Positions 1 through 14,800 of a stretch of DNA of 64,000 nucleotides are shown here, piece after piece (position 1 is the first letter of the stretch; the number at the start of each line of letters is the position of its first letter). Below the pieces are notes generated by a model, which was not told where the DNA came from, did no database searches, and saw only the letters and a list, made by a program, of their open reading frames with translations. The stretch comes from the human T2T-CHM13v2.0 reference genome, Homo sapiens. The position numbers and the translations under genes were made by a program. The DNA is taken from assembly GCF_009914755.1 (NCBI RefSeq), contig NC_060928.1, one strand, 5' to 3'.

Positions 1-1369
1 AACAATATTTGTTGTTTTAAACTGCTAATTTGGGTAGTGGTTTATTATACAGGAATAGATAATGAATACAATCACCCAGTGTTTTGGAGGCCTGGCTTTC
101 TTTCAGGTGGCAAATCACTCACTAGGTCATTTATCTTCAAATAGAATGTAGGGCAGCTTCAAAAATAGGCTGAATCCTCAAATGCAAATAACTCTTTTTC
201 TCCTAGTAGTTGACCATCAAGTACAAATTTCTCCACTACTGAAAAAATCTGGAGTAGGTAACGTTATGAATTAAGCAGTTTCAGGAAGGGGATAGAAAGC
301 ACAAGGTGACAGAGTTGCCTCATAAGAATTTAAAAATGAGAAAGAACAAGTAAGTATTATAGATTTATAAGTATTAGCCCTATATAGTGAAAAGAATTGG
401 ACTAGGAGTTAAAATGTCTGTGGTAGGTAAAATGCAGCTTTGCCACTCAATAATGGTAATTCCTTTCTTTTTCTCTGTTCCTCGATGACCTCCTCTATAA
501 ACCAATAGTAAGAAAATGAGCTTATTAGGTAGCTGTGAGGATTAGATGGGTCAGTGATTCTCATGGGAGGCTCAGGGCATTCAGCCAATGTATAGTGGCA
601 GTTTTCGGTGTCAACATGATTAAGGGAGCACTGCTGACATTTAGTGGGAAGGGCCATGGAGGAGAGATGTTCAGCAGTGTGCATGGCAGGGCAGTCCTGC
701 ATGATGCACAGGTGCCTGGATTTCCAGTGTCCTGACACTCATTCATGGAGGGGGGAAGCCCAGCTTGAAATAATCTGACCTTAGAACATTATACATTTTA
801 CATACAATTCCAAATTTTTTTTTCCAAAAAAGCACTATTTTATGAAATACTGAATTTTTCAGAAAAACAGCTACCATGAAATATAAAAAATATATTCCTT
901 TAAAAAATGAACTTTACCAAGAGTTGTTGAACATTTTGAAAATCATGCCTGGTACACCACTCTAGGTATGGGCACAGATGATAAAGTGAACCTTGTCGGT
1001 CTACATTCATAGCTGGCACAGTCAGTGATTGTAACCATAGCTGCAGATATTAGAATACTTTATTGTATTTTAGATTGGCTAGAATCTCAACACTTACATG
1101 TTGTTACATATGTTAATTTTTTATTCATTTCTTTCCTTTTATTTATGCTTTACATAGGTTATTACATTGATCTTTAAAAAATATATTATTGTATTTAGGT
1201 TTTAGGTTACATTATCTCTGTGCTTTATGTCAGCAGCAAAAAGATATTGTAACAAATTATTTCCACTAGAAAAGAGACACTGGACCTGATATATTGAGAA
1301 ACACTAATTCTGAAAAAAAAAAAAAAGATAATTGAAAAACAGGGAAGGTCTATGCAAAGATGCTATTTA

Positions 1370-1713
1370 TAAGTCACTCATCCTCAATTCCTAAATCCAA
1401 GCAAATCTGAAACTCAAAAGCCTTTCTAAATTCACTTGGCCATAAAACCTAACCTAAATTTAGCTTAGAAAAACATACAACTTCAACTAATGAGGTTATT
1501 TATAGTATTTATTGATTGTTTTGTTTATTTATTTAAGTGCTTACTTGTGCATTTTGCTTCAGAAATATTGAACTGCTTGAATCTGGAGTGCTTCCCCAGA
1601 TTCAAGCCATATCCAGAATATGTCCCACTGTTTTGTCCTCTTAAGGTTTAAAATATTCTAAATTCCAAAACATAATGGGCTCCCTATATGTCAGAAAAGA
1701 AATTATAGACTTG
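1370..1713. mobile_element. Degenerate TcMar-Tigger-type DNA transposon remnant
   Basis: Ends loosely resemble MER46/Tigger-type termini; highly diverged. Confidence 0.35.
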
Positions 1714-2019
1714 TGCCATTATAAGCAGGTGTAAGTATTGCTATTTGAGCCTCAAACTCCAGGTATAGGTTTACTAAGAGAAGGTGATCCCAAACTTAAT
1801 CCTAAATTTATAATTTTAGCAGAGAATATTTTTCTTGAACGTAGCTACTCAATAGTTGACTGTAATGAGACACATTCAAAAGATGTAACAATGGCTATAG
1901 CTAAATTGTTGACTGTATCAATAACATAAATTATGAAGGTACCTTTTCCATAATTTAATGAGTAAACCTCAAAGCATGATTTCTGTTATTTTTCAGTATT
2001 TACCAACTTTCTATTATGT

Positions 2020-2120
2020 CTCAGGGCCTGGGAACTGCAGCCCTAGCTACTCAGGAGACTGAGACGTGAGGATTACTAGAGGCCAGGAATTCGGGGCTGC
2101 AATAAACTGTGATTAAGCAA
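2020..2120 (+). mobile_element. Old Alu monomer (FLAM/FAM-like)
   Basis: ccctagctactcaggagactgag...gaggccaggaattcggggctgca resembles a 7SL-derived monomer. Confidence 0.65.
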
Positions 2121-3029
2121 CACCCCGTTCCTAGGGAGAGAAAAAAAATCCCCAAAATACAGAAGAAAAACAAAAACAACACATTCACATGATTCTCATT
2201 TAGAACAATGTAAACTGCTCCCTTTCAATTAGAATCACTTCTTATTTTTGGAAAAAAAAAAAACTTTTTGACATTTTCTTTTATTTATCTTAGTTAAAGA
2301 AATGACCTGCTCCAGAGAACTTCTATGTTGAATACTAAAGGTTAATGTTAATAGCAGTGAATTTTAAAATGGTTTCTGAGAATGTAATGTGGAAAGCCAA
2401 CCATTGCATGCCTGGTAATATTACAAATCCCTTGTTTTCTAGCCTCTCACATTTCCTCATCCCTCTTCCTGAGCCCAAAGCCAGATCCCCTCTACCCACT
2501 TAGTAGTCTTGAAACAATTGCCAAGAGTTCTCAAGGGCTCACCTACCCTCTCCTTTTCTCTTCCTTCCCAAGAAATATGCTAATGTCCACACCTCATAGA
2601 CTGTCAGGCTTCACTTCTCCCTTCAACTATCCCTGTGGCAGGACCAAAGAGCCCTGTGATTACTTGAAGTGCAATTGATTATACACCAGGATTAGGAAAA
2701 TGCCTCTAAAATATTCTAAAATGAAGACTTAATTATTGTGGCCTTATACTCTCTTATCATCCATGAAGAGCTGCATGTATGGGTAGACAGCCTGCACTGG
2801 TTGCTCACCATTTGTGTTCGTGTCTAAGAAAGCATACAGAAAAGACATGGGTATTATATACACCAGGATCCAAGAACTCAATGAGAATACTCTGCAGTTC
2901 ATAGGGAACAGAGTAAGAAATTAAGCAATCAGTCACAAGTACCTATTATTTTAAGGACAATGCACTAAAGAAATACAAAATTAGGTATTAGGATAGACAG
3001 CAATTTGAATTCAATTAATAATGAACATT

Positions 3030-3285
3030 TTATAGCTAATGTTTACTGTATGCATACAGGGTTCCAGGCACTGAGCTAAATGAATTTCTCATGAATTTTC
3101 TTGTATAATCCTTAAAAACCTGATCAGGTTGGTATTTTTTTATCATCCCTTTTCTTTTTAGTTGAGTACTCTGAGACATACAGTGTAGTTGAGTGACTTT
3201 CCCAAGGTAACACAGCTGATGACTGATATAGCTGGAATTTCAACCACATTCTCTCTGACCCTAGAGCCCTAACCATGAACTTTAT
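3030..3285 (-). mobile_element. MIR SINE
   Basis: ccaggcactgagctaa...cccaaggtaacacagct...gctggaatttcaacc matches the MIR core. Confidence 0.7.
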
Positions 3286-4203
3286 GCTTTATTATCCTTC
3301 ATGATGCCTGCAAATATTATCACAGGAAATACCTTCTTGGGGTGCTGAAATTACTATAAGAAACATATTATCAGTCCTACTACAATGAGATAGTGGTAAA
3401 GTATAGACAGATGCTAAACATCAATTTTATGGAAATCATTCACCACCAGACAGAAGTGAGTATGACAGTGAGCTCAATTCAATCATGAAAGTACATTAAG
3501 AAGGTAGTTTAATGTATGAAATGCAGATTTCAGATAGTTGGAAACTATTTAGCAGAGGCTCTGGTTTTCAAACATTTGTCAAGGGAAATGAAGCAACCCC
3601 ACCTCTCATTTAGGTAAAAAGGGAAAAGGAAATTCTCTTAGAAATACAATATTAATGATTTAGCTCCCTATGGTAATGTACAATGATGAACTGTTATATA
3701 TGGAAAGAATATTACTTGTTTCTAATTAGAAAGTGTCCCTTTCCATCCTGTAGCACTGAGCGAAAACAAGAAAAGCTAAATGGTTCCAAAATGTTTAAAG
3801 TAGCTTTTAAAGTATTACAATGTGCCTGTAGGATGTAAGGTATGGTATAACTATCTCACAGGAAAGAATATTAGCTAGAATAGAGAAAGAAACATGAAAA
3901 AATGTCAAATAGATAAATCTTGGATGCAAAGAATATCTTAAACACTTGATCTGTGTGTTCGATTCAAGGCAAGATTGAATCACATAAGATAAAACAGATT
4001 CTAGGGGGGTATGTCAAGGAAAAATTACATGTGAATGTTTCAGAGCATTAATTTATTTACTTTGGGCATTTACATTTTTAGCCCTCATAATATTCTTGGT
4101 TTATATTTGTATTTTCATTCATTTACTCAGTTACTTATTCAACCAGTCAATAGCAACTCCTCATTGAGTATTCATTAAGCATCAGGCACAGTTCCAAAAC
4201 ACA

Positions 4204-5452
4204 CAGTTGACCCTTGATCAGGACAGGGTTTAGGATCACTGATTCTCCTCAACACAGAATTTTTATTGATTTCAAAATAAATTATGCATGATAAAAATAC
4301 TAAAAGTCTGTTTAGGCAGGATATCCTTCCTCCTTAATGGATTTCTTAATGGGAACTTACCTGCTGCCTCTTGGTAGGTAAAAGCTGCTTCTCACGTTAT
4401 CTTTACATTTCTAAAGCCAAACCTCTGTTGAAAATTATCAAACCATCCTTTGCTGGCATTAAATTCTCCAGCTTTAGATCTTTCTCTTCCTTTTGCTTTA
4501 AGTTGGCATATTATGACTTCACTTTTTCTTGAATCATATTAGAGTTTGGTAGGTATGACTCTCTTATAGCAATCCTCCACCCACATAAAAGCTCATTTTC
4601 AATATGAGACAAAAAGGTATTTCACAAAAAGTACAATATTTTCATGCCTGCTGGCATAGCTGCAGTGACAGCTTCACAAATTTCCTGTTTTCTGACTATG
4701 GTCTTCATGCTAGATGTATTTATCTTGAAGTGGTGAATGTCAGTAACTGTGGGCCTTAATCTCTAGTTCATATCAAGCAATTCAACTTTTTCCTGTAATG
4801 TCATTACTTTCTCTGGTTCTTGGGAGCATTCCTAGTATCAGTAGTGGCACTTGGTATGGGTCGCATGATGTTATTCAAGATTTACAGTATTGCACTAAAC
4901 ACAATGAAAAATACAGAAGAACTGCAAGAGATCACTTTTTAGTGTGATAAGCAATTTGTTGGAGAGAGGAACTGCTCACACAGAGATGATTAGTGTCACG
5001 CAGCTTCTTAAGTGGATACTCAGAACACTTGAGCTCACAGCAATAGCAACAGGAGGTGGCTATGAAATTATTACAGAAGTACAGTATGTACAACAGTTAA
5101 TTTTATGTAGTTATGAATTAATACTGCCTCTTTACACTTGTTTACATTTCTCTCAACTATGAATGGCAAGGTGTATAATCTGTGTGTGTGTCCATAAGTT
5201 TTAATAAATTTGAACTTTTTAATGTCTATATTTTATGGTAGTAAATCATAAAATACTATCTACATATGTTTTATGCATTCATGACTTATCTAAATTTTTC
5301 TTAATTTTTAAAATATTTATAGGCTATGAATTTTGTCTGTGAGATTTTTCAGTGTCACAAATCTCCAAAATTTTTCCAATATATGCATTGAAAAAGATCC
5401 ATGTATAAGTATACTCATGCAGTTCAAACCTGTGCTGTGCAAGAATCAACTG
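4204..5452 (-). mobile_element. Tigger2-family DNA transposon, internally deleted
   Basis: Inverted termini CAGTTGACCCTTGA...caagaatcaactg. Minus-strand remnant KVMTLQEKVELLD (about 4772-4810) of a pogo/CENP-B-type transposase N-terminus. Confidence 0.8.
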
Positions 5453-5484
5453 TTTTCGGTACTTTTATAAAAACCATATTCTGT

Positions 5485-5778
5485 GCCGGGCGCGGTGGCT
5501 CACGCCTGTAATCCCAGCACTTTGGGAGGCCAAGGCGGGTGGATCACGAGGTCAGGAGATCGAGACCATCCTGGCTAACACGGTGAAAACCCGTCTCTAC
5601 TAATAATACAAAAAATTAGCCAGGCGGGGTGGCGGGCAGCTGTAGCCCTAGCTACTCGGGAGGCTGAGGCAGGAGAATGGCGTGAACCCAGGAGGCGGAG
5701 CTTGCAGTGAGCTGAGATGGCGCCACTGCACTCCAGCCTGGGCGACAGAGCAAGACTCCATGTCAAAAAAAAAAAAAG
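5485..5778 (+). mobile_element. AluY-like SINE
   Basis: Full dimer, CpG-rich, A tail, target-site duplication aaaaaccata(t/c)tct. Confidence 0.95.
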
Positions 5779-7196
5779 AAAAACCATACTCTTTATTGAA
5801 TCTCCTTCTAAACTCCACATTGTACACATTTTGATAAAGTACAAATGTACGTGCATGGGTGTGCATGCTGTGTATGTGAGAGAGTATGTTTGTATGTTCG
5901 TGCACGTATGACTGTGTGGTCAGATTCTATGAATAGAATATTAGTAAATCCATGACCTCATAAAGCAGTGTTTATTTCTTGCTACTTCTCATGGAAAATA
6001 CTGAGATTTCCTTGACATTAAAAACACAACTTTATAATAATGCAAAATTGACAAGATTTTTCAAGAAAATTTTTCATAGCTAACACCTGCTTCTTATTGG
6101 AGTTTAAACCATCATGTTCCTCATTCTCTTTGAGGTTTTACAACTCTTCTCTCTTAAGCTTGATAGTGCTTTAACATTTATATTGTGGGTCTTTTAGTTT
6201 TACTGGCTAGATTAGGTCTACCCATTGCAAAAAAGCTACACAAGTATAAAAATAATTCCTTAAGTGACAAATAAGGAGAAAAAATCTTCAACTGACTGTA
6301 GGGAAAATATAGGTAATTTTACTACTGTATTAATGGCAAGTATCAAACTATAAATATTTGACAAAGGTGAGCCATATGGTCGGACATTCTCCATAAATAA
6401 CCAAAATTTATTTGATTTGATTTTATAAAAATAATAATTAAAAATATTAAGCTAAACAGACAGCAAAATAAACTTTAAACTTAATGGGCTCCATATTTGA
6501 CTAAAGCATTTTCAAAGAGACAAAAAGGGAGAATTATTTATCCAGACAAACATTCTACATACAAGAAAAGAAGCATGTGGAGTATGCACATATTTGGAAT
6601 TTTTTAAAGTAACTTCCAATGCAGATGAAATTTTTGTGCAGTGGAGACCCCCAAAAAGATCAAACAACTTTATTTTATTGCCTCCTTGATAATGTCCTAA
6701 TGTTGTACATAATTCAAGCTGTGGAAAATGGTTTCAGCCATGAAGAAGATATCTTGGGCTGATTAAACACTAATGTAAGAGAAGAGACACCCCCTCAAAA
6801 AAAAGTTTATTTGTACCATCATTGATTTTGCTATAATTTATTCATAATAAATGTTAAATGTTAGCCAACTACCATCATACTTATCACGGGAATCCACTTG
6901 TTAGCAGACTCAAAGATGTTAATCTAACAACAAAAAGTCATAAATAAAATGTTGACAGAGAAGATCTAAATAAATGATTATATATTCATGGAATGAAATA
7001 TTATGAAACCATTCAACTAAATTATTCAACTTGAATGACATGGAAAATGTTTATTATATTAATAGCAGAAAGCAGGAAGTACTGACATTAAGATACCAAG
7101 TTTATAAAAGGTAATGGGAAAGAATTATGGCAAGAGTTCATATTAGGAAATATTTTATTAAGAGAAGTCTAATAAAAATACTCTTCCAAAATTTGC

Positions 7197-7502
<306 letters not shown>

Positions 7503-9168
7503 AAAAAATTGCATTCAGTGATAGGCTTTATCAAGGGAGGCTCTTTCTGTTGTTGTCACATTTGCTTCATATGTTGAGAAATGAAATATAACATGTAAAT
7601 TTCATTTTTGAATGGTTTGAAGGATATGTGTATTTTTTGAAACAAATATGAAGCCAAATTTTAAATGGAAAGATTTCACATCAGGGACACAGATTACTGA
7701 GAAGTTAGAAACCTGTTGGAGGCATGTTCCAGCAAGAGTTCTTTTCCTATTTTATCCCATCTAAATTGGGACTATGTTGCCTGAGCCATATGGTTTTCCT
7801 CTCCGCACGTGGTGAGGTTTGCTTTCTTAGAGGACAGGGAGGTTGGGGAGGGGAAGGCCTCAAAATCCGAACATGTGAAAATTAGGTGGTCACAATGTTG
7901 GAGGTGAGTTTAAAATTGACTGGAGGTTAATGTGCTTGAGCTTTTGTTGCACTCTCTGTCATCTCTCCCATAATTTCACCAAAGAAGGTTCTGTTTTCTT
8001 TCTTTGTAATTATCACTGACACACATCTGGCAACTTAATCCATGAGAATCTTCCTGTAGCTCTGCAAGGAAGTGAAATTCACCTTGCTGTAGGTTGGTGC
8101 GTGAAAATATCCTTGAACTTTACGTTTTAAATGTAGTGAGGTTGCAAGCCCGATTCCCACAGGCACTTATTTGCAGGATCTGCTTTCATTGGGACTAACA
8201 CACAAGTTAACAACTGCAGTGCTGATAAAAGAGATCATCTGTAAGTGAAACATACTGCTTCCTGCCGTGCGGCCTCTTTCAATAGATCCAGTCTTCTGTA
8301 TACTTTCATTACAAATTCAGGCTTATTCCTATTACTTTTTCAGAAATTCAGAATTTGAAAAAATCATTAGCGCATTGTCTTCTAACTCTGTTTGTTACAT
8401 CACTGATTCATAACTTTTTTCCAATCAAGAAGCCTTTTCACAGTGTTAGAAAACTAGTTTTTACAAAATGGCTACGTACCACATTCTGAAGTTCACAAAT
8501 AATTTCAAGCACAACCATTGGCCTCAGTCTAAGAGCACTTGCTCTAGGTACTAAAACCCATAAATGCATTTCTGTAATAGAATTTGAGAAACAGGAAACA
8601 TTCTACTTGAGAGCAATGCTGAATTCTTGAGAAAATTCTATAATGGAATCCTGCTTTCCCATTGATTTACATTGCAATTGTAGATATTCATAGCTAAATA
8701 ATTTGTTTTTATCTAAAATGCAATAGAATTATTCTTAGAAAGAAGAATCCCTCAAACACAGTAACATTCCTAAAACAAATTATCAATGAACAACAAATTT
8801 TTAAACCTGAAGAAAATACTAAGCCAACACATTGAGATGCAGGATGTGTAATTTATCTTAATGGAAAAATTCTGCACGTATTTTTTTCAAACAAAAGATA
8901 TGTTTATCCTTCACCTCTATACTTTCTTAGGCCATCTTTGTCAAAACACATCTCTGGCCTGTGAGTTGGCAACATGATTGAATTAGTTTGCAACTCAAGA
9001 TGGCAGGAGATTAAACAGAATACTTTGAAAAATAGAAGTATCTCCTAGAAAGAACCTCAGTGAAGGGATTGTCTAAGAAACAGAGGTAAGAGTGGTTTTT
9101 TGACTAAAGTATTTGTAGAGCAATACAAAGAATAATTTTATTTGTTCAATAAACAAAATATGGGTTGA

Positions 9169-9506
<338 letters not shown>

Positions 9507-10129
9507 TTATGGCTATGACAAAAATGAGTACAATGAAATTAATGAGAGGAGTGTGGAAATATAAGAATATTCTCTGTTGAAGAAAGCAGAAAAAGAGGCG
9601 TATTTGGGTTTAAAAAAAATAATAATCAAAAGAGGAATATTGCTGGATTATTCCATAGACAACCGTGCCATGTACAGCACAGTTGAGAACTTAGGGTTTG
9701 AGAATATTTTTTGTATTGTAATTACTAAAAGGGCACTGAAGCAAAACATCATATTTGAAGAAGATCTTGATTTAGCAAACATTTTCAGAGTGCCTGTTCT
9801 AGGATAAGCTGAAGATGTTGTGAGTTGAGTAGGACCTGTGCCTCCTTGAGGTTGTTGTTCACAATCTACTGAGAGAAGAAATCAAATACCATGGTTGCAG
9901 GTGCCTATAAGGCACAAGTGATTACTAACATCTAGTGTGTAACACCCACTTTACATAATACTTTATTTTCATAATCTAATTCTCAGTAGAGATCCTCTGA
10001 TCTCTGATCTATACATGAGCAATGTGATAAATCAAAAGAGATTAATAAATGGCCAAAAATCATGTAGTTACTGCCAGGACTGAGAGTTGACTCCAAAGCC
10101 CCTGCAAAACAACACAAGGTAACTGTTGT

Positions 10130-11420
10130 TTAAGGCAATCTATGAAGCATACACACAACATTTGAGCTAGATCTAGAAAAAGTATAGGTTTTGCAGTAAA
10201 AGAAAAGGGAAAGACATTTAAGGCAGAAGAAAAATAGCACCTATGAAGATACTGAGCTGAGACAAGGCATGGTGGAAGAAATGACTGATGAGTAGGGTTA
10301 GTAAAGTGTCAGGACTCAGAGTAGCATAAAGCCATGTGAGTTTTACTGCATGATGTGACATAGGAGGTTTTTGAGAAAAGGAGGGATCTGTGTTTTAAAT
10401 CCATCTTTGCAGCAATAGTGTTTTGTGTCTTTGTGAGACTGAGGTGCTGGAGAAGGGGCAGAAGTAGTGCAGAAAGAGTAATAATTGGCAAGAAGAAATA
10501 TCAATTAAGAAATTTATAATAGGCAGGGCACAGTGGCTCACACTTGTAATTCCAGCACTTTGGGAAGCCAAGACAGGCAGATCACCGGAGGTGAGGAGGT
10601 CGAGACCAGCCTGATCAACATGGCAAAACCCTATCTCTACTAAAAATACAAAAATTAGCTGGGCGTGGTGGCGTGTGCCTACAATCCTAGCTGCTCTGGA
10701 GGCTGAAGCATGAGAATCACTTGAACCTGAGAGGTGGAGGTTGCAGTGAGCAGAGATTGTGCCACTGCAGCACTCCAGCCTGGGCGACAGAGTGACTCTG
10801 TCTCAAAAAGAAAAAAAAAAGAAAGAAATTTATAATAAAGCTTGGAAAACAATAGTGGCCTAAGCTGAAGCAGAGGGTACAGAAAGGGCCAACACAACAG
10901 TGGAATTGAGGTAGCTGACAGGATGCACAGTGGGCATGGAGAGTGGGGGGCGTTCAGGATGCTCCCTAAGTTATTAGCCTTAGGAGGTAAGGTGGATGCC
11001 AGTAACTCACTAATTGAGAAACCAAAGAGTAGAAGTAGGTGTGAGACAGGAAATTGATAAGTGTGAATTCCATTTAAGTGGTAGAGAACCATCAGGTGGG
11101 TGGTTCCATTGAAGTGAGCTGGAGCTCCGAGACAAGAGCAGGGCTAGAGGTATACAGTATGAATTGACCCAACATAGGGCTGGTAGTTGAAGTCATGAAA
11201 GTGCAAAGGTGGAGTCAGGAAAAGCATATAAAGAAACAAGAATGCATAGACAGCAATCAGCATAGGAGATGGAATGCAATGTTAAGGTCCAAAAAGAATA
11301 GTATCACACATATTCACCGACAGCCTGGTCATGCACTGACAGCTAAGGTCATGAAAGAGAAGCAAGAATAAGGGTAAACTGTGAAAGAAGAAAAGAGAGT
11401 TTCAAAAAAGAGTAGGATCA
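10130..11420 (-). mobile_element. Degenerate L2 LINE interrupted by an Alu
   Basis: Purine-rich plus strand with L2-like phrases (ctggagct..gagacaagagcagggctagag). Boundaries are approximate. Confidence 0.5.
10522..10822 (+). mobile_element. AluS-type SINE
   Basis: Perfect 15-bp target-site duplication aagaaatttataata (10507-10521 and 10823-10837). Confidence 0.95.
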
Positions 11421-11554
11421 CACATATTCACTGACAGCCTGGTCATGCACTGACAGCTAAGGTCATGAAAGAGAAGCAAGAATAAGGGTATACGGTGAAA
11501 CGAGAAAAAAGAGTTTCAAAAAAGAGTAGTATCACACTTATTCACTGACAGCCT
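11290..11554. repeat. 114-bp tandem repeat, about 2.3 copies
   Basis: atcacac..attcac.gacagcc recurs at 11303, 11417 and 11531. Confidence 0.92.
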
Positions 11555-11695
11555 TACAATATAAAGTCATGCATTTCTTTTGTAAAAGTCAGTTGCATCA
11601 GCATCAGGTTCAAGAATTCTGACTTGCAAAATAACCAGTGGTTGTCATTGACTACAAGCTCAAGTCACATCAACACTTGTATCACTCTACTAATT

Positions 11696-11859
11696 CAGTG
11701 CTTCTCAAACTTTACAGTAGATAGAAATCATTGAGAGACTTGTTAAAATATAGACTCTAATTCAGTAGGTCTGTAGTAGCGCCCTAAATTCTGAGTTCTT
11801 AACAAACTCCAGCTACTGCTGATGCTGCTACTGTGTGAACTCCACTTCTAGTAGCAAAG
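11696..11859. mobile_element. MER5-type hAT-Charlie MITE
   Basis: cagtgcttctcaaactt...cttgttaaaat..agactctaattcagtaggtctg...gctgatgctgct...tagcaaag. Confidence 0.8.
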
Positions 11860-14800
11860 TGCTAGATCAGCTAATGTAAGTGTAGGCTGCTTTAACAGGA
11901 TCACTATGTCTACATCAAAGGAGGTTCTATTTTCAGTGTTCTTTGTAACTTGCAAACCAATTTTAAGATAAGTGGGGAACACATAGAACACAATAATCAA
12001 ACCACAGTATCTGAATTCTGGTTACAAGCACTAGTAAGCTTTACTTGTGGAAAATAAAACATGGGAAGAATTTGGAAGTTGTTTTTTTATTTGAAGTAGA
12101 TAGTCTTAATTGTTAAAAAGGTTAGGACCTAGTCTCATAAATGAAAGTTCTAGGGAGGCTGATTTGTTGTTTGTGGGTTGTCCAACAGAATCCCAGCCCA
12201 ATGAATAATGTCTTCTCTCTCTGCAAAGGGTTTCAAACAAAGCTTTAAATTTAAGTACTGGAAGAAATCTCTGAGATTACCTGGTTCAAACTACTTACAG
12301 ATCTAACAGATGAAGAGGAGAGTTGGAGGCAGAATGTATGTTGCACTCAGATTATGTTGTGAAACTAGTTACTGCATTGAAGACTTGATGACCTAAAAGG
12401 TAATTTTAACTCTATTGCTTACACTCATAAATTGGAGAAATTATGTACATTTCTACAGACAAATTTGATGGTCAACTCATTAAGCAAACAAAAAGGGAAA
12501 TTTAGTTTTTTGTGGGGAGGGGCATGGGAAGGAGGGTTTCTGAAAAATATCAGGAATTTGCATCTATAATTACATCAAAACACTATGGAGGCATTTAACC
12601 ACGGTTACACACGATTAAGTCACTGTAAATTATCTCATTGACCAATTGAAAAAATTAAAGGCCTGAGAAAAGTAATTTGGATATTTATTTCTACATGTAT
12701 CAATTCAAAATTAATTGAGCAGTTACTAGGTGTGAAATCTTAGACTGCTTTTTGAGCATGGTGTGATGAATTTACTTCTATGGGATGACTGATGTCCTAG
12801 GGCTGCCCATAAAATTTGAGGAAGAGAAGAGCTGGGCTGAAAGTTTGAAGCCATTCCTTGTCAAAGTATTTAAGTGTCTTTGAACCAAAAGTTGATCAGC
12901 TGTAACTACAGGGTGGTGAGGTGGCTCATTCATGACTTTATGCAACCCTCATCATGCCTGATGGAAATAGCAATCGTCTGTGGATAAAGGGTAGAGGGTT
13001 TCATGACCTGTTTTGATCCCAGGGTTTGGCTGCACACCTAGGACAGAGGTTTTCCTAAGTAGATATTGGGAAGCACCTTTAATACAGCTCCAAACTAAAA
13101 ATGAAGCTTGCTTTTACAGAAGGAGGACATAGGCTTTGTTTACTCAGGGAACCTTATAGCTAAATTTAAAAGCAGATGTATGTCTGTGCAAAATAGCTTG
13201 CCTTCTCCCATAAATAGAAACCGAATATGAACCTCATACTTTTCTTCAAATGTTTTTAACAGCATTGTGTGTGATGTTGACCAATTATTCAGTCATGTCA
13301 CATTCCCACTTCCTGAGTGAATCACCAGCTGCAAAAATTAAGATGAAAAACTTTCCACAAAAGAAATCATTATGAAGTATTTAAGCATCTTTGGATAAAA
13401 GACAGTTTAAAAAACAAATCACTGTGATTTATGACCATGCCAGTTAAGATTGCAATAAGACTTATGTCTTGCTAACAACAATTTGTGTGCTTTTATTTCA
13501 CAATGATGACAAAATATATTGTCAAAACAGATAAACTTTATGTAATACAGTAAGACTTTGATTTAACAAATCATTCACAATAAGCCATCAAAATATATAA
13601 TGATAATCAAAATTCCTTGGTTGAATTATTGTCTCTTCCAGAACATATATAAAGATACTCAAAGTAAAATTGGTAAGCTTAAGCCTTTTCATGTCATACT
13701 TTGTGCTTAAGGTCAGTTTCTTACTTATCACAGTGGAAAAGTACAATAGTCCCTCGAGCTCTAGTTCTTTGATGAGCTAGGCCAGAAGAAGCAGACTCAG
13801 TCCTCTTCCTCTTCCCCGCCCCACCACTATTATACTTCAATTGCTGGGAAAATCAAGTTTTCAGATTGCTGCTTTAGGACTGAAAACAAAGCAAATCAAA
13901 CTCATGTCAATGAATTATTCATGTAATTTCTACTTTCCTTGTAATAGATTTTTTCCTTCAATATATATGACATGGTTTCGTTGTTGATCTATGAACACAT
14001 TTGAAATTAAGTTTATCAATCTGGAAATTTGGAAGACAACCACTAATATAGGTACTATTATTAAAAAAGTTAAAGGTTAGGATACATTAATTTTACTTGT
14101 TGTTCAAATTAAACATGAGACAGCAATAATACATCTTATTTTTCAGATTTTAAAGAAGATTACTCCTCAAAAATTGTCTATTGCTTATTATTATTAAATA
14201 TATAGACATTTTAGTTATGTTAGAAACCAGGTTATTTCATACAAATTATATTTTATATACATCGCTCTGTCTGAGGATGTCGTTGGAACTGGTTGTCTAT
14301 TGGTAAGTCCAGGCAGCTACTTCTTAGAATAACTATATAAAAACTGATTTTTGCCCCCTACAATCCCTTGGTTAATATGAACTTGAATAGTATTTAGTGG
14401 GCTGTCATGAATTAGACTTACATTGAAGCTGTCATTTAAGGGAGTAATACTGAGATCTTTAAACAGAGTTAAAAGTTGAACTTAGTAAAATATTTACTTA
14501 TAAGTTGGATTGAAGATCATTACAAAATTTATACTAATTTGATTTTTCCTAAACAGATGAAAAACACTTGTAGACAATGTCTTAAATTTAGCTTAGGAAA
14601 TTATTGTATTTCCTACCTGAGTTCTGTAGAAGAGCCTATGTCACAAATGAGATTAGGATGATATCCCAATGTTCTCCATGATGGGCAGAATATCCATAAT
14701 CTTCCTAGTATGAAGTAGCGTTAACAACATTTTTAATTGAATCTATAGCAAGATTGCAATATAGACTGCATATGTTTGTATAGGGTCATATACTATTTAG

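Noticed and set aside
409-746. Three overlapping short ORFs
   Set aside because: No recognisable domain or splice support; the region looks like a decayed DNA-transposon fragment.
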